From Clostridiales bacterium UBA7273 (GTDB taxonomy: Bacteria > Bacillota > Clostridia > Oscillospirales > Oscillospiraceae): a DNA stretch of 64,000 bases. Below the pieces are notes generated by a model. It did no database searches. It saw nothing but the letters and a program-made list of their open reading frames with translations, and was not told the origin of the DNA. Shown piece by piece: positions 55,964 through 64,000 of the stretch. Made by a program: the position numbers and the translations under genes. The DNA is taken from contig DKRV01000032.1 of NCBI GenBank assembly GCA_002472405.1, positions 3,983-67,982 of the forward strand, given 5' to 3'. The stretch's first letter is position 1. Each line of letters begins with the position of its first letter.

Positions 55964-58366
55964 CTACTGTCTTATTTCCGAGCGGCTTTTTTTGCCCGAA
56001 ACAGGCATTATGACCTCATGCTTATTGTCCGAGTCCTTATGAACGAGCGCGGTCTCCAGAACTGTATCGACCTTGTCGGCAAGCACGAAGTTCAGCGCCT
56101 TGCGCACCGTCGGGTCGATCTCTTCAAGGTCAGGCTCGTTATCGGCAGGTATTATAACCGTGCCGACTCCGTTTCGCATCGCGGCCATCGTCTTTTCCTT
56201 GAGGCCTCCGATCGGCAGGACTCTGCCGCGCAGGCTTATCTCGCCCGTCATTGCGATATCGCGGCGCACCGGAGTTCCCGTGAGAGCGGAAACGATCGCC
56301 GTGCACACGGTCACGCCGGCAGACGGGCCGTCCTTGGGTATTGCGCCCTCGGGGAAGTGAATGTGTATATCCTTGGTTTTATAAAAATCGGCCTCGATGC
56401 CGAGCTTTCCTGCGCGGCTTCTGATGCAGGTCATTGCAGCCTGGCAGGACTCCTTCATCACATTGCCGAGATTGCCGGTAAGCTCAAGCTTGCCGCTTCC
56501 GTCAACAACGGCTACTTCGACATCAAGTACCTCGCCGCCGACGCTTGTCCACGCAAGGCCGCGCACAAGGCCGATCTCATCGGTCATTCTGCGATGCTCG
56601 GGCTTAAACTTCGGCGCTCCGAGATAAGGCTGCAGCGCACCCGAGCGCAAGGAAAGACTCTTACGCTCACCGTCGGCGATCGAGACCGCGGCTTTGCGGC
56701 AGAGTGCTGCGATTTGACGCTCAAGATTACGGACGCCGGACTCGCGCGTGTAATAGCTTATTATTTCGCGTATAGCATCGTCGCTGACTTTGAGCTGAGC
56801 AGCCTTCAGGCCGTGCTTTTTGCGCTGCTTCGGCAGCAGATGCTGCTTTGCTATGCTGAGCTTTTCCTCATCGGTATAGCTTGATAGCTCAATTACCTCC
56901 ATGCGGTCAAGCAGAGCTCTGGGGATGGTGTCGAGCGAGTTTGCAGTCGTTATAAAGAAAACGTCGGACAGGTCAAACGGCACTTCGAGGAAGTTATCGC
57001 GAAAGGTTGAGTTCTGCTCGGGGTCAAGTGCTTCAAGTAGTGCTGCCGACGGGTCGCCGCGGTAGTCCGAGCCGAGCTTATCTATCTCGTCAAGAACCAT
57101 GACGGGGTTCATGCTCTTTGCCTGACGGATGCCGGAGATGATCCTGCCGGGCATTGCGCCGACATAGGTCTTGCGGTGGCCGCGTATCTCGGCCTCGTCA
57201 TGCACGCCTCCGAGGGAAATGCGCACGCAGTTGCGATTTGTGGCTCGGGCAATGCTCATGGCTATGCTCGTTTTGCCGGTTCCCGGAGGCCCGACAAGGC
57301 ACAAAAGGTTTCCGCCTGCCTTGGGTGCAAGAGTTTTGACTGCAAGATACTCTATTATGCGTTCCTTTACCTTTTCAAGGCCGAAGTGATCGTCATCGAG
57401 CACCTTGCGCGCTTTTTCTATATCATTGGTTTCGGCGGTCTTTATATTCCACGGCAGCTCAAGGCAAACATCGAGATAGCCGCGGATGACTGTTGCCTCG
57501 GTCGAGCCAAACGGCTGCTTGGCAAGATGCGAAACCTCCTTGAGAAGCTTCTCTTCGATCTCCTTTGAAAGCTTGAGATCGCGTATCTTCTGGCGATACT
57601 CGCCGATATCGTCGGTGCTATCATCCTCGCCGAGCTCCTGCTGGATTATCTTCATCTGCTCGTGCAGATAATAATCGCGCTGGCTGCGGTTTACCTGCTC
57701 GTTTGTCGCCTCATTCAGCTCCTGCTCGATGCTCATAACATTAAGCTCATGGTTGAGCATTTCAATGAGCATTTCAAGTCTGCGGCATGGGTGAAGCTCC
57801 TCAAGCAGGACCTGCTTCTGCCTGTAATCAAAGCGGACATTCTGCGCGGTATAATCAGCGACAAATGCAGGGTCGCGACTGACGACGAGGTTCAGAAGCA
57901 TTTCAGGCGGCATGCTGCCCGAGAGCTGAACATACTCGTCAAACAGGCCGACGGTCGTGCGCATAAGCGCCTCTTTTCTGTCGGCAGCTACCTTTTCAGG
58001 CTTATCGGGCACGCTTTCGATATCGCCGAAAAAGCACGGATGATCCGAGGACAGCGAAGCTACCCTGCCCCTGTAAAGTCCCTCTGCCATGACCTTGCAC
58101 AGCTTACCGCCGGGCTGGCGCACAAACTGGCGAATGCGGCAGACAACACCGTATTCGTAAAGGTCACTCAGCTGCGGCATATCGTTTGATATGTCCTTCT
58201 GAGTGACGAGGAATATCTCCTGATCGTTATTTTGCGCGCAATTGAGCGCGGCAAGCGATATCGGTCGCTCAACGTCAAAGCTCAGGAGCATCCCGGGGAA
58301 TATGTTAAGGCCACGCAGCGGCAGTATAGCCATTGCGCGGTTCGGTATTTTCGTGTTCTGATTCAT
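55964..58366 (-). CDS. lon: ATP-dependent protease Lon (LonA)
   Basis: 800 aa with a LON N-domain, AAA+ Walker A GPPGTGKTS and Walker B VMVLDEIDK, and a protease Ser in PKDGPSAG. Confidence 0.95.
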   Translation of the reverse strand: MNQNTKIPNRAMAILPLRGLNIFPGMLLSFDVERPISLAALNCAQNNDQEIFLVTQKDISNDMPQLSDLYEYGVVCRIRQFVRQPGGKLCKVMAEGLYRGRVASLSSDHPCFFGDIESVPDKPEKVAADRKEALMRTTVGLFDEYVQLSGSMPPEMLLNLVVSRDPAFVADYTAQNVRFDYRQKQVLLEELHPCRRLEMLIEMLNHELNVMSIEQELNEATNEQVNRSQRDYYLHEQMKIIQQELGEDDSTDDIGEYRQKIRDLKLSKEIEEKLLKEVSHLAKQPFGSTEATVIRGYLDVCLELPWNIKTAETNDIEKARKVLDDDHFGLEKVKERIIEYLAVKTLAPKAGGNLLCLVGPPGTGKTSIAMSIARATNRNCVRISLGGVHDEAEIRGHRKTYVGAMPGRIISGIRQAKSMNPVMVLDEIDKLGSDYRGDPSAALLEALDPEQNSTFRDNFLEVPFDLSDVFFITTANSLDTIPRALLDRMEVIELSSYTDEEKLSIAKQHLLPKQRKKHGLKAAQLKVSDDAIREIISYYTRESGVRNLERQIAALCRKAAVSIADGERKSLSLRSGALQPYLGAPKFKPEHRRMTDEIGLVRGLAWTSVGGEVLDVEVAVVDGSGKLELTGNLGNVMKESCQAAMTCIRSRAGKLGIEADFYKTKDIHIHFPEGAIPKDGPSAGVTVCTAIVSALTGTPVRRDIAMTGEISLRGRVLPIGGLKEKTMAAMRNGVGTVIIPADNEPDLEEIDPTVRKALNFVLADKVDTVLETALVHKDSDNKHEVIMPVSGKKSRSEIRQ

Positions 58367-58389
58367 GTGATTACCTCCTTGTGAGGGAT

Positions 58390-58429
58390 AAAAAACGCAG
58401 CAAGACAGGGCAACGCCCCGTCTTGCCGT
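58390..58429 (-). terminator. rho-independent terminator between clpX and lon
   Basis: The minus strand reads CGGCAAGACGGGGC-guug-GCCCUGUCUUGCUG followed by a U-tract (GUUUUUU). It ends about 20 nt before the lon AGGAGG. Confidence 0.7.
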
Positions 58430-58435
58430 GTTGTA

Positions 58436-59677
58436 TCATTTGCGTATTACGTCGGGGCCGGTTCCGTTTTTCACGCAGTCGGCAGTGACAATTACTTTCT
58501 CGATATCGTGCTCGCTGGGCACGGTGTACATGATGTCGGTCATTATGCCCTCCATCACGCTTCTCAGGCCGCGAGCGCCAATCTTCATCTCGATAGCCTT
58601 ATCCGCAACGGCTTCGAGCGCATCTTTTTCATAGACAAGCTCTACACCGTCATAAGCCATGAGGGCTTCATACTGCTTGGTCATTGCATTCTTCGGCTCT
58701 GTAAGTATGCGGACAAGATCCTCGCGCTTGAGCGAGGTTAGCGGTGCGATAACAGGCAGTCTGCCTATAAGCTCGGGAATGATGCCGAACTTGAGCAGAT
58801 CGTGCTGCTGAGCCTGCTTGAGAAGCTCTCCGACGTCACGCTCCGTTGAGCTTTTTATGTCAGCACCAAAGCCCATGCTCTTTTTCTCGGTGCGCTTTTC
58901 GATGATCTTATCAAGTCCGTCGAATGCGCCGCCGCAGATAAAGAGAATATTGGTCGTATCGACCTTTATAAACTCCTGATGAGGGTGCTTGCGGCCTCCC
59001 TGGGGCGGAACGTTTGCTACCGTGCCTTCAAGCAGCTTCAACAGCGCTTGCTGCACGCCCTCGCCGGATACGTCGCGTGTGATGGACGTATTCTCGCTCT
59101 TGCGGGCGATCTTATCGATCTCGTCAATGTAGATTATGCCCTTTTCGGCGCGCTCAACGTCAAAATCGGCAGCCTGCAAAAGCCGCAGAAGAATATTCTC
59201 AACGTCTTCGCCGACATAGCCGGCTTCGGTGAGCGTCGTTGCATCGGCTATTGCAAAGGGCACATTGAGCATCTTGGCCAGAGACTGCGCAAACAGAGTC
59301 TTGCCGCTGCCGGTCGGGCCGATGAGCAGGATATTGCTCTTTTGAAGCTCAACGTCGTTATCGCCGGCATAGAGGATGCGCTTATAGTGGTTATACACCG
59401 CAACCGACAGAACTACCTTTGCTCTGTCCTGCCCGACGATGTACTCATCAAGCTTTGCCTTTATCTCGGCAGGCTTCGGAAGATCCTCAAAGCGCAGGCG
59501 GTTTCCCTGGCTGTCATGCACGGGAGCCTGCTCATCCTCGGCGATAATGCTCATGCAGAGATTTATGCATTCATCGCAGATGTATGCACCGTTTCCGGCA
59601 ATGAGTCTGCCGGTCTGAGCCTGTGTTTTTCCGCAGAACGAGCAGCGGATGCTCTTTCTGTCGTCTGTTCTTGCCAT
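58436..59677 (-). CDS. clpX: ATP-dependent Clp protease ATP-binding subunit ClpX
   Basis: 413 aa with an N-terminal C4 zinc finger (CSFCGK...CDEC), Walker A GPTGSGKT and Walker [10 protein letters not shown]. Confidence 0.96.
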   Translation of the reverse strand: MARTDDRKSIRCSFCGKTQAQTGRLIAGNGAYICDECINLCMSIIAEDEQAPVHDSQGNRLRFEDLPKPAEIKAKLDEYIVGQDRAKVVLSVAVYNHYKRILYAGDNDVELQKSNILLIGPTGSGKTLFAQSLAKMLNVPFAIADATTLTEAGYVGEDVENILLRLLQAADFDVERAEKGIIYIDEIDKIARKSENTSITRDVSGEGVQQALLKLLEGTVANVPPQGGRKHPHQEFIKVDTTNILFICGGAFDGLDKIIEKRTEKKSMGFGADIKSSTERDVGELLKQAQQHDLLKFGIIPELIGRLPVIAPLTSLKREDLVRILTEPKNAMTKQYEALMAYDGVELVYEKDALEAVADKAIEMKIGARGLRSVMEGIMTDIMYTVPSEHDIEKVIVTADCVKNGTGPDVIRK

Positions 59678-59737
59678 AGTTTTACCTCAAGAAATGATGT
59701 AATATGGGGGAACCGAAAGTTCCCCCATACAGAAATC

Positions 59738-60319
59738 TTATCGCTTGGTTATCACCTTATCGATAAGGCCGTATTCCAGGGCTTCCTGTGCAGACATGAA
59801 GTGATCGCGCTCGCAGTCTGCTTCAACAACGGCTATATCCTTACCGGTGTTTTCAGCGAGGATCCTGTTCAGATTTCTCTTTATCTTCAAGATCTGCTCG
59901 GCCTGTATCTGAATATCGGTGCACTGACCCTTGCTGCCGCCGGACGGCTGGTGGATCATGATTTCGGCATTGGGAAGCGCAAGGCGCTTGCCCTTTGCAC
60001 CGCTCGAGAGCAGGAATGCACCCATTGATGCGGCCATACCGATGCAAATAGTGGATACGTCGGGCTTTATATACTGCATGGTATCATAGATAGCCATGCC
60101 GGAGGTCACACTGCCGCCGGGGCTATTGATATAAAACTGAATATCCTTATCGGGATCCTGCGCCTCAAGGTACAGAAGCTGGGCTACGATCAGGCTCGCG
60201 GTGGTGTCGTTAACTTCCTCGGACAGCATGATTATGCGGTCGTTGAGAAGTCTCGAAAAAATGTCATACGAGCGCTCTCCGCGGCTTGTCTGCTCTACTA
60301 CATAGGGTACTAAACTCAT
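59738..60319 (-). CDS. clpP: ATP-dependent Clp protease proteolytic subunit ClpP
   Basis: 193 aa with the catalytic Ser in GMAASMGA, the His in MIHQP, and a [13 protein letters not shown]-terminal region. Confidence 0.96.
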   Translation of the reverse strand: MSLVPYVVEQTSRGERSYDIFSRLLNDRIIMLSEEVNDTTASLIVAQLLYLEAQDPDKDIQFYINSPGGSVTSGMAIYDTMQYIKPDVSTICIGMAASMGAFLLSSGAKGKRLALPNAEIMIHQPSGGSKGQCTDIQIQAEQILKIKRNLNRILAENTGKDIAVVEADCERDHFMSAQEALEYGLIDKVITKR

Positions 60320-60378
60320 TTTTAACGTCTCCTTTCGTTGCTGCTTATCTCGGAGATCATATCCTTATGCTCGGATAA

Positions 60379-61695
60379 TTATTCAGCCTCTTTCTCGGCA
60401 GGCTTCTCTGCAGGAGCTTCCTCGGTAGCGGACTCGATAACTACCTTTGTTGCTTTTTCTTTCTTAAACTCGTTTCTGATATACTCATCGCCGAAGTACT
60501 GGCGGATCTGCTCGGGAGTTGCGCCGACAGTCTCTGCTGCGCCCTTGATGTAGTCCTCAAGCTCTTCGTCGGTGACTTCAATGTTCTCCGCCTCAACGAT
60601 GGCGTTGAGAAGCAGCTCCTGCTTCACCTGATACTCTGCTGCCGGACGGATGGTGGAATTGATGGCTTCCTCGTCAAGGCCCATCATCTTCTTGATATCG
60701 TCGGTGCTCATCTTCGGGTCGGTAAGGCCGAAGTTTGCAGCATAGCTGCGGATAAGCTCATCGATCTTCTCCTGCATCATGCTCTCAGGGATCTCAACGG
60801 TCATGTTGTCGCATGCCTTGGTCATGATAGCGGTGCGGAACTTTGCGTCCATCTGCTCGTCCATGACGCGCTCCATGTCCTTACGGGTGTCGGCTCTGTA
60901 TTCCTCAACGGTGTTAAACTCGGAAACATCCTGAACGAAATCATCGTCAAGCTCGGGAAGCTCGGTCATGGACAGGCCGTTGAGCTTTACCTTGAACACT
61001 ACGTCCTTGCCTGCAAGCTCAGCTGCGTAATCCTCGGGGAAGGTGATGTTTATGTCCTTCTCGTCGCCGATATTCATGCCGACGATCTGCTCCTCAAAGC
61101 CGGGAACGAAGGTGTTCGAGCCAAGCTCAAGCTCATAGCCCTCTGCCTTGCCGCCGTCGAAGGGAACGCCGTCGAGAGTGCCTTCAAAGTCGATATCTGC
61201 GGTATCGCCCATCTGAGCCTCACGCTCGAGGTCAATAACGCGGCCGTTGCGTTTGCGAACACCGTCGATCTGACCGTCAACGTCTTCTTCGGTTATAATG
61301 TAGGTCTCTTTGACTGCGCTGAGGTTCTTGTACTCGCCGAGGGTGACTTCGGGATAAAGCTCAACGTCAAAGGTCAGGGTGAGAACCTTATCGTCGGAAA
61401 GATCCATGTTGGAAACCGCGGGTTTGCCGATTATCTTCAGGCCACAATTGTCATAGCCGTGCTCATATGCCGGTGCAACGAGTTCATCGATAGCATCCTG
61501 ATAAAAAACATCATGGCCGTACATGCCTTCAACAACAGCGCGGGGAGCCTTGCCCTTTCTGAAGCCGGGGATGGAAATACCGCTCTTGTTCTTTTTAAAC
61601 GCCTGATCAACAGCCGCGTCGAACTCCTTGGCATCGACCTCGACCTGGAAGCTGGCGGTCTTGGAGTCTTTCTTTTCTACGTTCTTGACTAACAT
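60379..61695 (-). CDS. tig: trigger factor
   Basis: 438 aa with a ribosome-binding N-domain (PGFRKGKAP), an FKBP PPIase middle and a C-terminal chaperone domain. Confidence 0.93.
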   Translation of the reverse strand: MLVKNVEKKDSKTASFQVEVDAKEFDAAVDQAFKKNKSGISIPGFRKGKAPRAVVEGMYGHDVFYQDAIDELVAPAYEHGYDNCGLKIIGKPAVSNMDLSDDKVLTLTFDVELYPEVTLGEYKNLSAVKETYIITEEDVDGQIDGVRKRNGRVIDLEREAQMGDTADIDFEGTLDGVPFDGGKAEGYELELGSNTFVPGFEEQIVGMNIGDEKDINITFPEDYAAELAGKDVVFKVKLNGLSMTELPELDDDFVQDVSEFNTVEEYRADTRKDMERVMDEQMDAKFRTAIMTKACDNMTVEIPESMMQEKIDELIRSYAANFGLTDPKMSTDDIKKMMGLDEEAINSTIRPAAEYQVKQELLLNAIVEAENIEVTDEELEDYIKGAAETVGATPEQIRQYFGDEYIRNEFKKEKATKVVIESATEEAPAEKPAEKEAE

Positions 61696-61734
61696 TTATA
61701 TATTCCTCCTAATATAATTCACATAGACCAAAAC

Positions 61735-61763
61735 ATAATAACAGATATTTCAGCCAAAAGCAA
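61735..61763 (-). promoter_or_regulatory. candidate sigma-A promoter for tig
   Basis: The minus strand reads TTGCTT-17 nt-TATTAT, about 40 nt upstream of the tig ATG, which has AGGAGG upstream. Confidence 0.45.
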
Positions 61764-61783
61764 TTATTTTCTTTGAACGAAAA

Positions 61784-62470
61784 TCAAATAAGCTTTACAG
61801 GCTTAAATTTAACATGATCGGCTGAAACGAGCATGAAATCAGTGCCGAAAAGCGTGCCGTTGAACGCATACTGGCAGCCGGCGCCGTGAATATGACCATA
61901 GCAGCAGCGCTTTACATTATATTTCTGCAGCAGCTCGAGTATTTCGGGGCATGTGTAATTCATATATTTGGGCGGATAATGCAGGAAGGCATATATCTCA
62001 TCCGTTTTCGCCGCCTTCAGAGACGCTTCGAGGCGCATTACCTCGCGGTTCATGATCTTTTTGTCGTGCTCTGCGCCCTTGCTCTCCTCATAGAACCAGC
62101 CGCGCGTTCCGCATATGGAAACTCCGGCGTATTCAAAGCTTGAGTTGTGCAGCACGTCAATGGTCTTTATGTCATTTTTCTCAAAAAAGCTGCGCGCCTT
62201 GGTCGCCGTTGTCCACCAATAATCGTGGTTTCCCTTTAAGATTATCTTTTTTCCCGGCAGAGCGTCGATGAATTTGAAGTCCGGCAGTGCCTCCTCCATG
62301 GTCATTCCCCAGGTTATATCTCCGCACAAAACGGTGAGATCATCGTCATTTAGCTGCGAAAATCCATCACTGAGCTTTTGCACATAATTTTCCCACCGGC
62401 CGCCGAAAACGTCCATAGGTTTATTTGTTCCAAGCGACAGGTGAAGATCGCCGATCGTGTATAAAGACAT
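61784..62470 (-). CDS. calcineurin-like metallophosphoesterase
   Basis: ORF 61784..62503 trimmed to Met12 (MSLYTIGDLHLS), which has GGAGGCGG upstream. It has the motifs GDLH, GDITW, GNHDYWW and GHIH. Confidence 0.75.
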   Translation of the reverse strand: MSLYTIGDLHLSLGTNKPMDVFGGRWENYVQKLSDGFSQLNDDDLTVLCGDITWGMTMEEALPDFKFIDALPGKKIILKGNHDYWWTTATKARSFFEKNDIKTIDVLHNSSFEYAGVSICGTRGWFYEESKGAEHDKKIMNREVMRLEASLKAAKTDEIYAFLHYPPKYMNYTCPEILELLQKYNVKRCCYGHIHGAGCQYAFNGTLFGTDFMLVSADHVKFKPVKLI

Positions 62471-62545
62471 GCCGCCTCCGTATAAAATCAAAATTGCTGT
62501 CAAGAATAATAATGTCTAACGACAATACTCTCTGGAGGTAATGAA

Positions 62546-62728
62546 ATGAACAACAAGAAAATGAGTTCCGGTCAGATCACCGGTGTAGGCTGCGATGTTA
62601 CCAACTGCAAGTACAACACCATCGACTGCAAGTGCTCGGCATCGCAGATCAAGGTTCAGAATGACAAGGCTACCACCAAGTCCGAGACCTTCTGCTCGAC
62701 CTTCTGTCCGCGCGGCTGCTGCAACTGA
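62546..62728 (+). CDS. DUF1540-like cysteine-rich small protein
   Basis: 60 aa with GGAGG 7 nt upstream. It has two copies of a VxCxVxxCxYN / CxCxAxxIxV-type Cys motif and a C-terminal CPRGCC. It is the only protein-coding gene on the plus strand. Confidence 0.6.
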   Translation: MNNKKMSSGQITGVGCDVTNCKYNTIDCKCSASQIKVQNDKATTKSETFCSTFCPRGCCN

Positions 62729-62755
62729 TTTCTCGGGGCATAAGCCCCTACATAA

Positions 62756-64000
62756 TTATTTTAGGAAATCTGCAACCGTTTTTTCCATTTCCTGCTTGTC
62801 AACAACAAGTTCAAAGCGCTTCTCGCGCTTATCAAGGCCTTCAAGCGGCTTTGGTATCGCGGTTTTCGTCACTTCCGAGAGCTTTTCGATAAGCTCTGTT
62901 CCGGAAGCGTTGCTTCCCTGCCCCAGTGCCTCAAGAACGCTGTCGCAGAACTTATACGGGCTTGCGGTCGATACGACGACAGCAGGAGAAACGCAGCCTG
63001 TATCTTTGCGGTAGTCGGCAAGCTTATTATAAGCCACTGCCGTGTGCGTATCCATAAGGTAGCCGTTTTCGGCATAGACCTTATTGATCGCGGCTTTGGT
63101 ATCTGCATCGGAGCAGTATCCGCCGACAAAGTGCTTATCAATAACGCTCTTCACGGCGTCAGACACTTTATACTCTCCCGTTTTTGCAAGCTGCGACATA
63201 TATCCGGCGACCTCGGCATCGCTTCCGCACACCGAGTAAAGCAGCCTTTCCAGATTGCTGGATACGAGAATGTCCATCGACGGAGAGATCGTGGTATAGA
63301 ACGTTCTGTTGCGGTCGTACACGCCGCGCGAGAAGAAATCGGTCAGAACGTTATTCTGATTTGAAGCGCATATGAGCTTTCCGACAGGCAGTCCCATATT
63401 TTTAGCATACCAGCACGCCAGAATATTGCCGAAGTTACCAGTGGGGACAACGAAGTCAACTGCGTCGCCGTAATTTACGCGGCCCGAATTGGCATAGTCG
63501 CAGTAGGCCGAGAAATAGTAGACTATCTGCGGCAGAAGTCTGCCCCAGTTAATTGAGTTGGCCGATGACAGGAACCAGCCCTTTGCGCTGAGCTCTTCGG
63601 CAAATTCCCTGTCGCCGAATATCTGCTTAACGCCCGTCTGAGCGTCGTCGAAATTACCTCGAACGGCAGCAACGCTGACGTTATCACCTTTCTGCGTGAC
63701 CATCTGGAGCTGCTGGACATCGGAAACGCCGTTGTGCGGATAGAAAACAAGGATCTTTGTGTTTTCAACGTCCGCAAAGCCCTCGAGCGCCGCCTTGCCG
63801 GTATCGCCGCTTGTTGCGACAAGGATGCACACCTTGCGCTGCTCGCCGCATTTTTTAAGCGATGCTGTTAAAAGGTGCGGAAGCATCTGCAGCGCCATAT
63901 CTTTAAATGCGCATGTAGGGCCGTGCCACAGCTCAAGAACAGCAGTGTTATCGTCAAGGAAATGAACCGGAGCGGTATCGGCCGTGTCAAAATTATCGCC
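62756..64000 (-). CDS. thrC: threonine synthase, C-terminal ~415 codons (gene continues past the right edge)
   Basis: The ORF track starts at Met 63898, but the frame stays open to 64000. Hand translation upstream reads ...LELWHGPTCAFKDMALQMLP, which is the PLP-lysine motif of ThrC, so Met 63898 is internal. Confidence 0.9.
   Translation of the reverse strand, partial: GDNFDTADTAPVHFLDDNTAVLELWHGPTCAFKDMALQMLPHLLTASLKKCGEQRKVCILVATSGDTGKAALEGFADVENTKILVFYPHNGVSDVQQLQMVTQKGDNVSVAAVRGNFDDAQTGVKQIFGDREFAEELSAKGWFLSSANSINWGRLLPQIVYYFSAYCDYANSGRVNYGDAVDFVVPTGNFGNILACWYAKNMGLPVGKLICASNQNNVLTDFFSRGVYDRNRTFYTTISPSMDILVSSNLERLLYSVCGSDAEVAGYMSQLAKTGEYKVSDAVKSVIDKHFVGGYCSDADTKAAINKVYAENGYLMDTHTAVAYNKLADYRKDTGCVSPAVVVSTASPYKFCDSVLEALGQGSNASGTELIEKLSEVTKTAIPKPLEGLDKREKRFELVVDKQEMEKTVADFLK

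Noticed and set aside
60320-60378. Searched for a CtsR operator (GGTCAAA direct repeat) or a CIRCE element upstream of clpP.
   Set aside because: Neither consensus is present in the 59-nt tig-clpP spacer by eye, so no heat-shock operator is claimed.
62756-63898. An apparent N-terminally truncated threonine synthase, which could be read as a pseudogene or fragment.
   Set aside because: The frame stays open upstream of Met 63898 and reads through the PLP-lysine motif HGPTCAFKD to the window edge. The gene is simply cut by the window boundary.

Overview
This is a 64-kb, gene-dense window of about 72 CDS, almost all on the minus strand. It looks like core genome of an endospore-forming, clostridial-type Firmicute. 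Supporting signs are a class-A RNase P RNA, an IspH-S1 fusion, a SipL-like LysM protein and a complete spoIIIAA-AH operon.

Gene order in the direction of transcription (right to left):
- thrC (partial); DUF1540 (+ strand); metallophosphoesterase
- tig-clpP-clpX-lon-engB
- M50 protease-scpA-scpB-ytfI-ytfJ-D-Ala-D-Ala carboxypeptidase-rluB
- rpiR-BaiN-like flavoprotein-cmk-ispH/S1
- carD-ispD-ispF
- DUF3343-cysteine desulfurase
- cdaA-cdaR-rseC-like-yicC-remA-gmk-rpoZ
- priA-def-fmt-rsmB-rlmN-prpC-prkC-rsgA
- sipL-like-spoIIIAA..AH
- asp23-nusB-xseA-xseB-ispA
- dxs-tlyA-nadK-argR-recN
- Tyr T-box leader-C_GCAxxG_C_C-tyrS-ybaK-like
- rpe-recR
- rnj-dipeptidase-ArsC/Spx-like
- rnpB (+ strand)
- murD-YnbB-like-yunB-ligA
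- cotJA (partial)

I saw no rRNA, tRNA, CRISPR array, transposase, integrase, phage gene or recognisable defence gene. I cannot honestly point to a convincing novel multi-gene system here.

The observations most worth a second look are:
- a tyrosine T-box whose first regulated gene is a C_GCAxxG_C_C protein translationally coupled to tyrS and followed by a YbaK-like deacylase
- a SipL-like DUF3794/LysM protein fused into the head of the spoIIIA operon
- an unusually short SpoIIIAG
- an untracked 50-codon two-helix membrane ORF
- several structured leaders and palindromic operator candidates (rpe, rnj, cdaA, carD, rpiR)

Several ORF-track N-termini were trimmed to the internal start that has a Shine-Dalgarno sequence and abuts the upstream gene. 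Coordinates of non-coding features were counted by hand and may be off by 1-2 nt.
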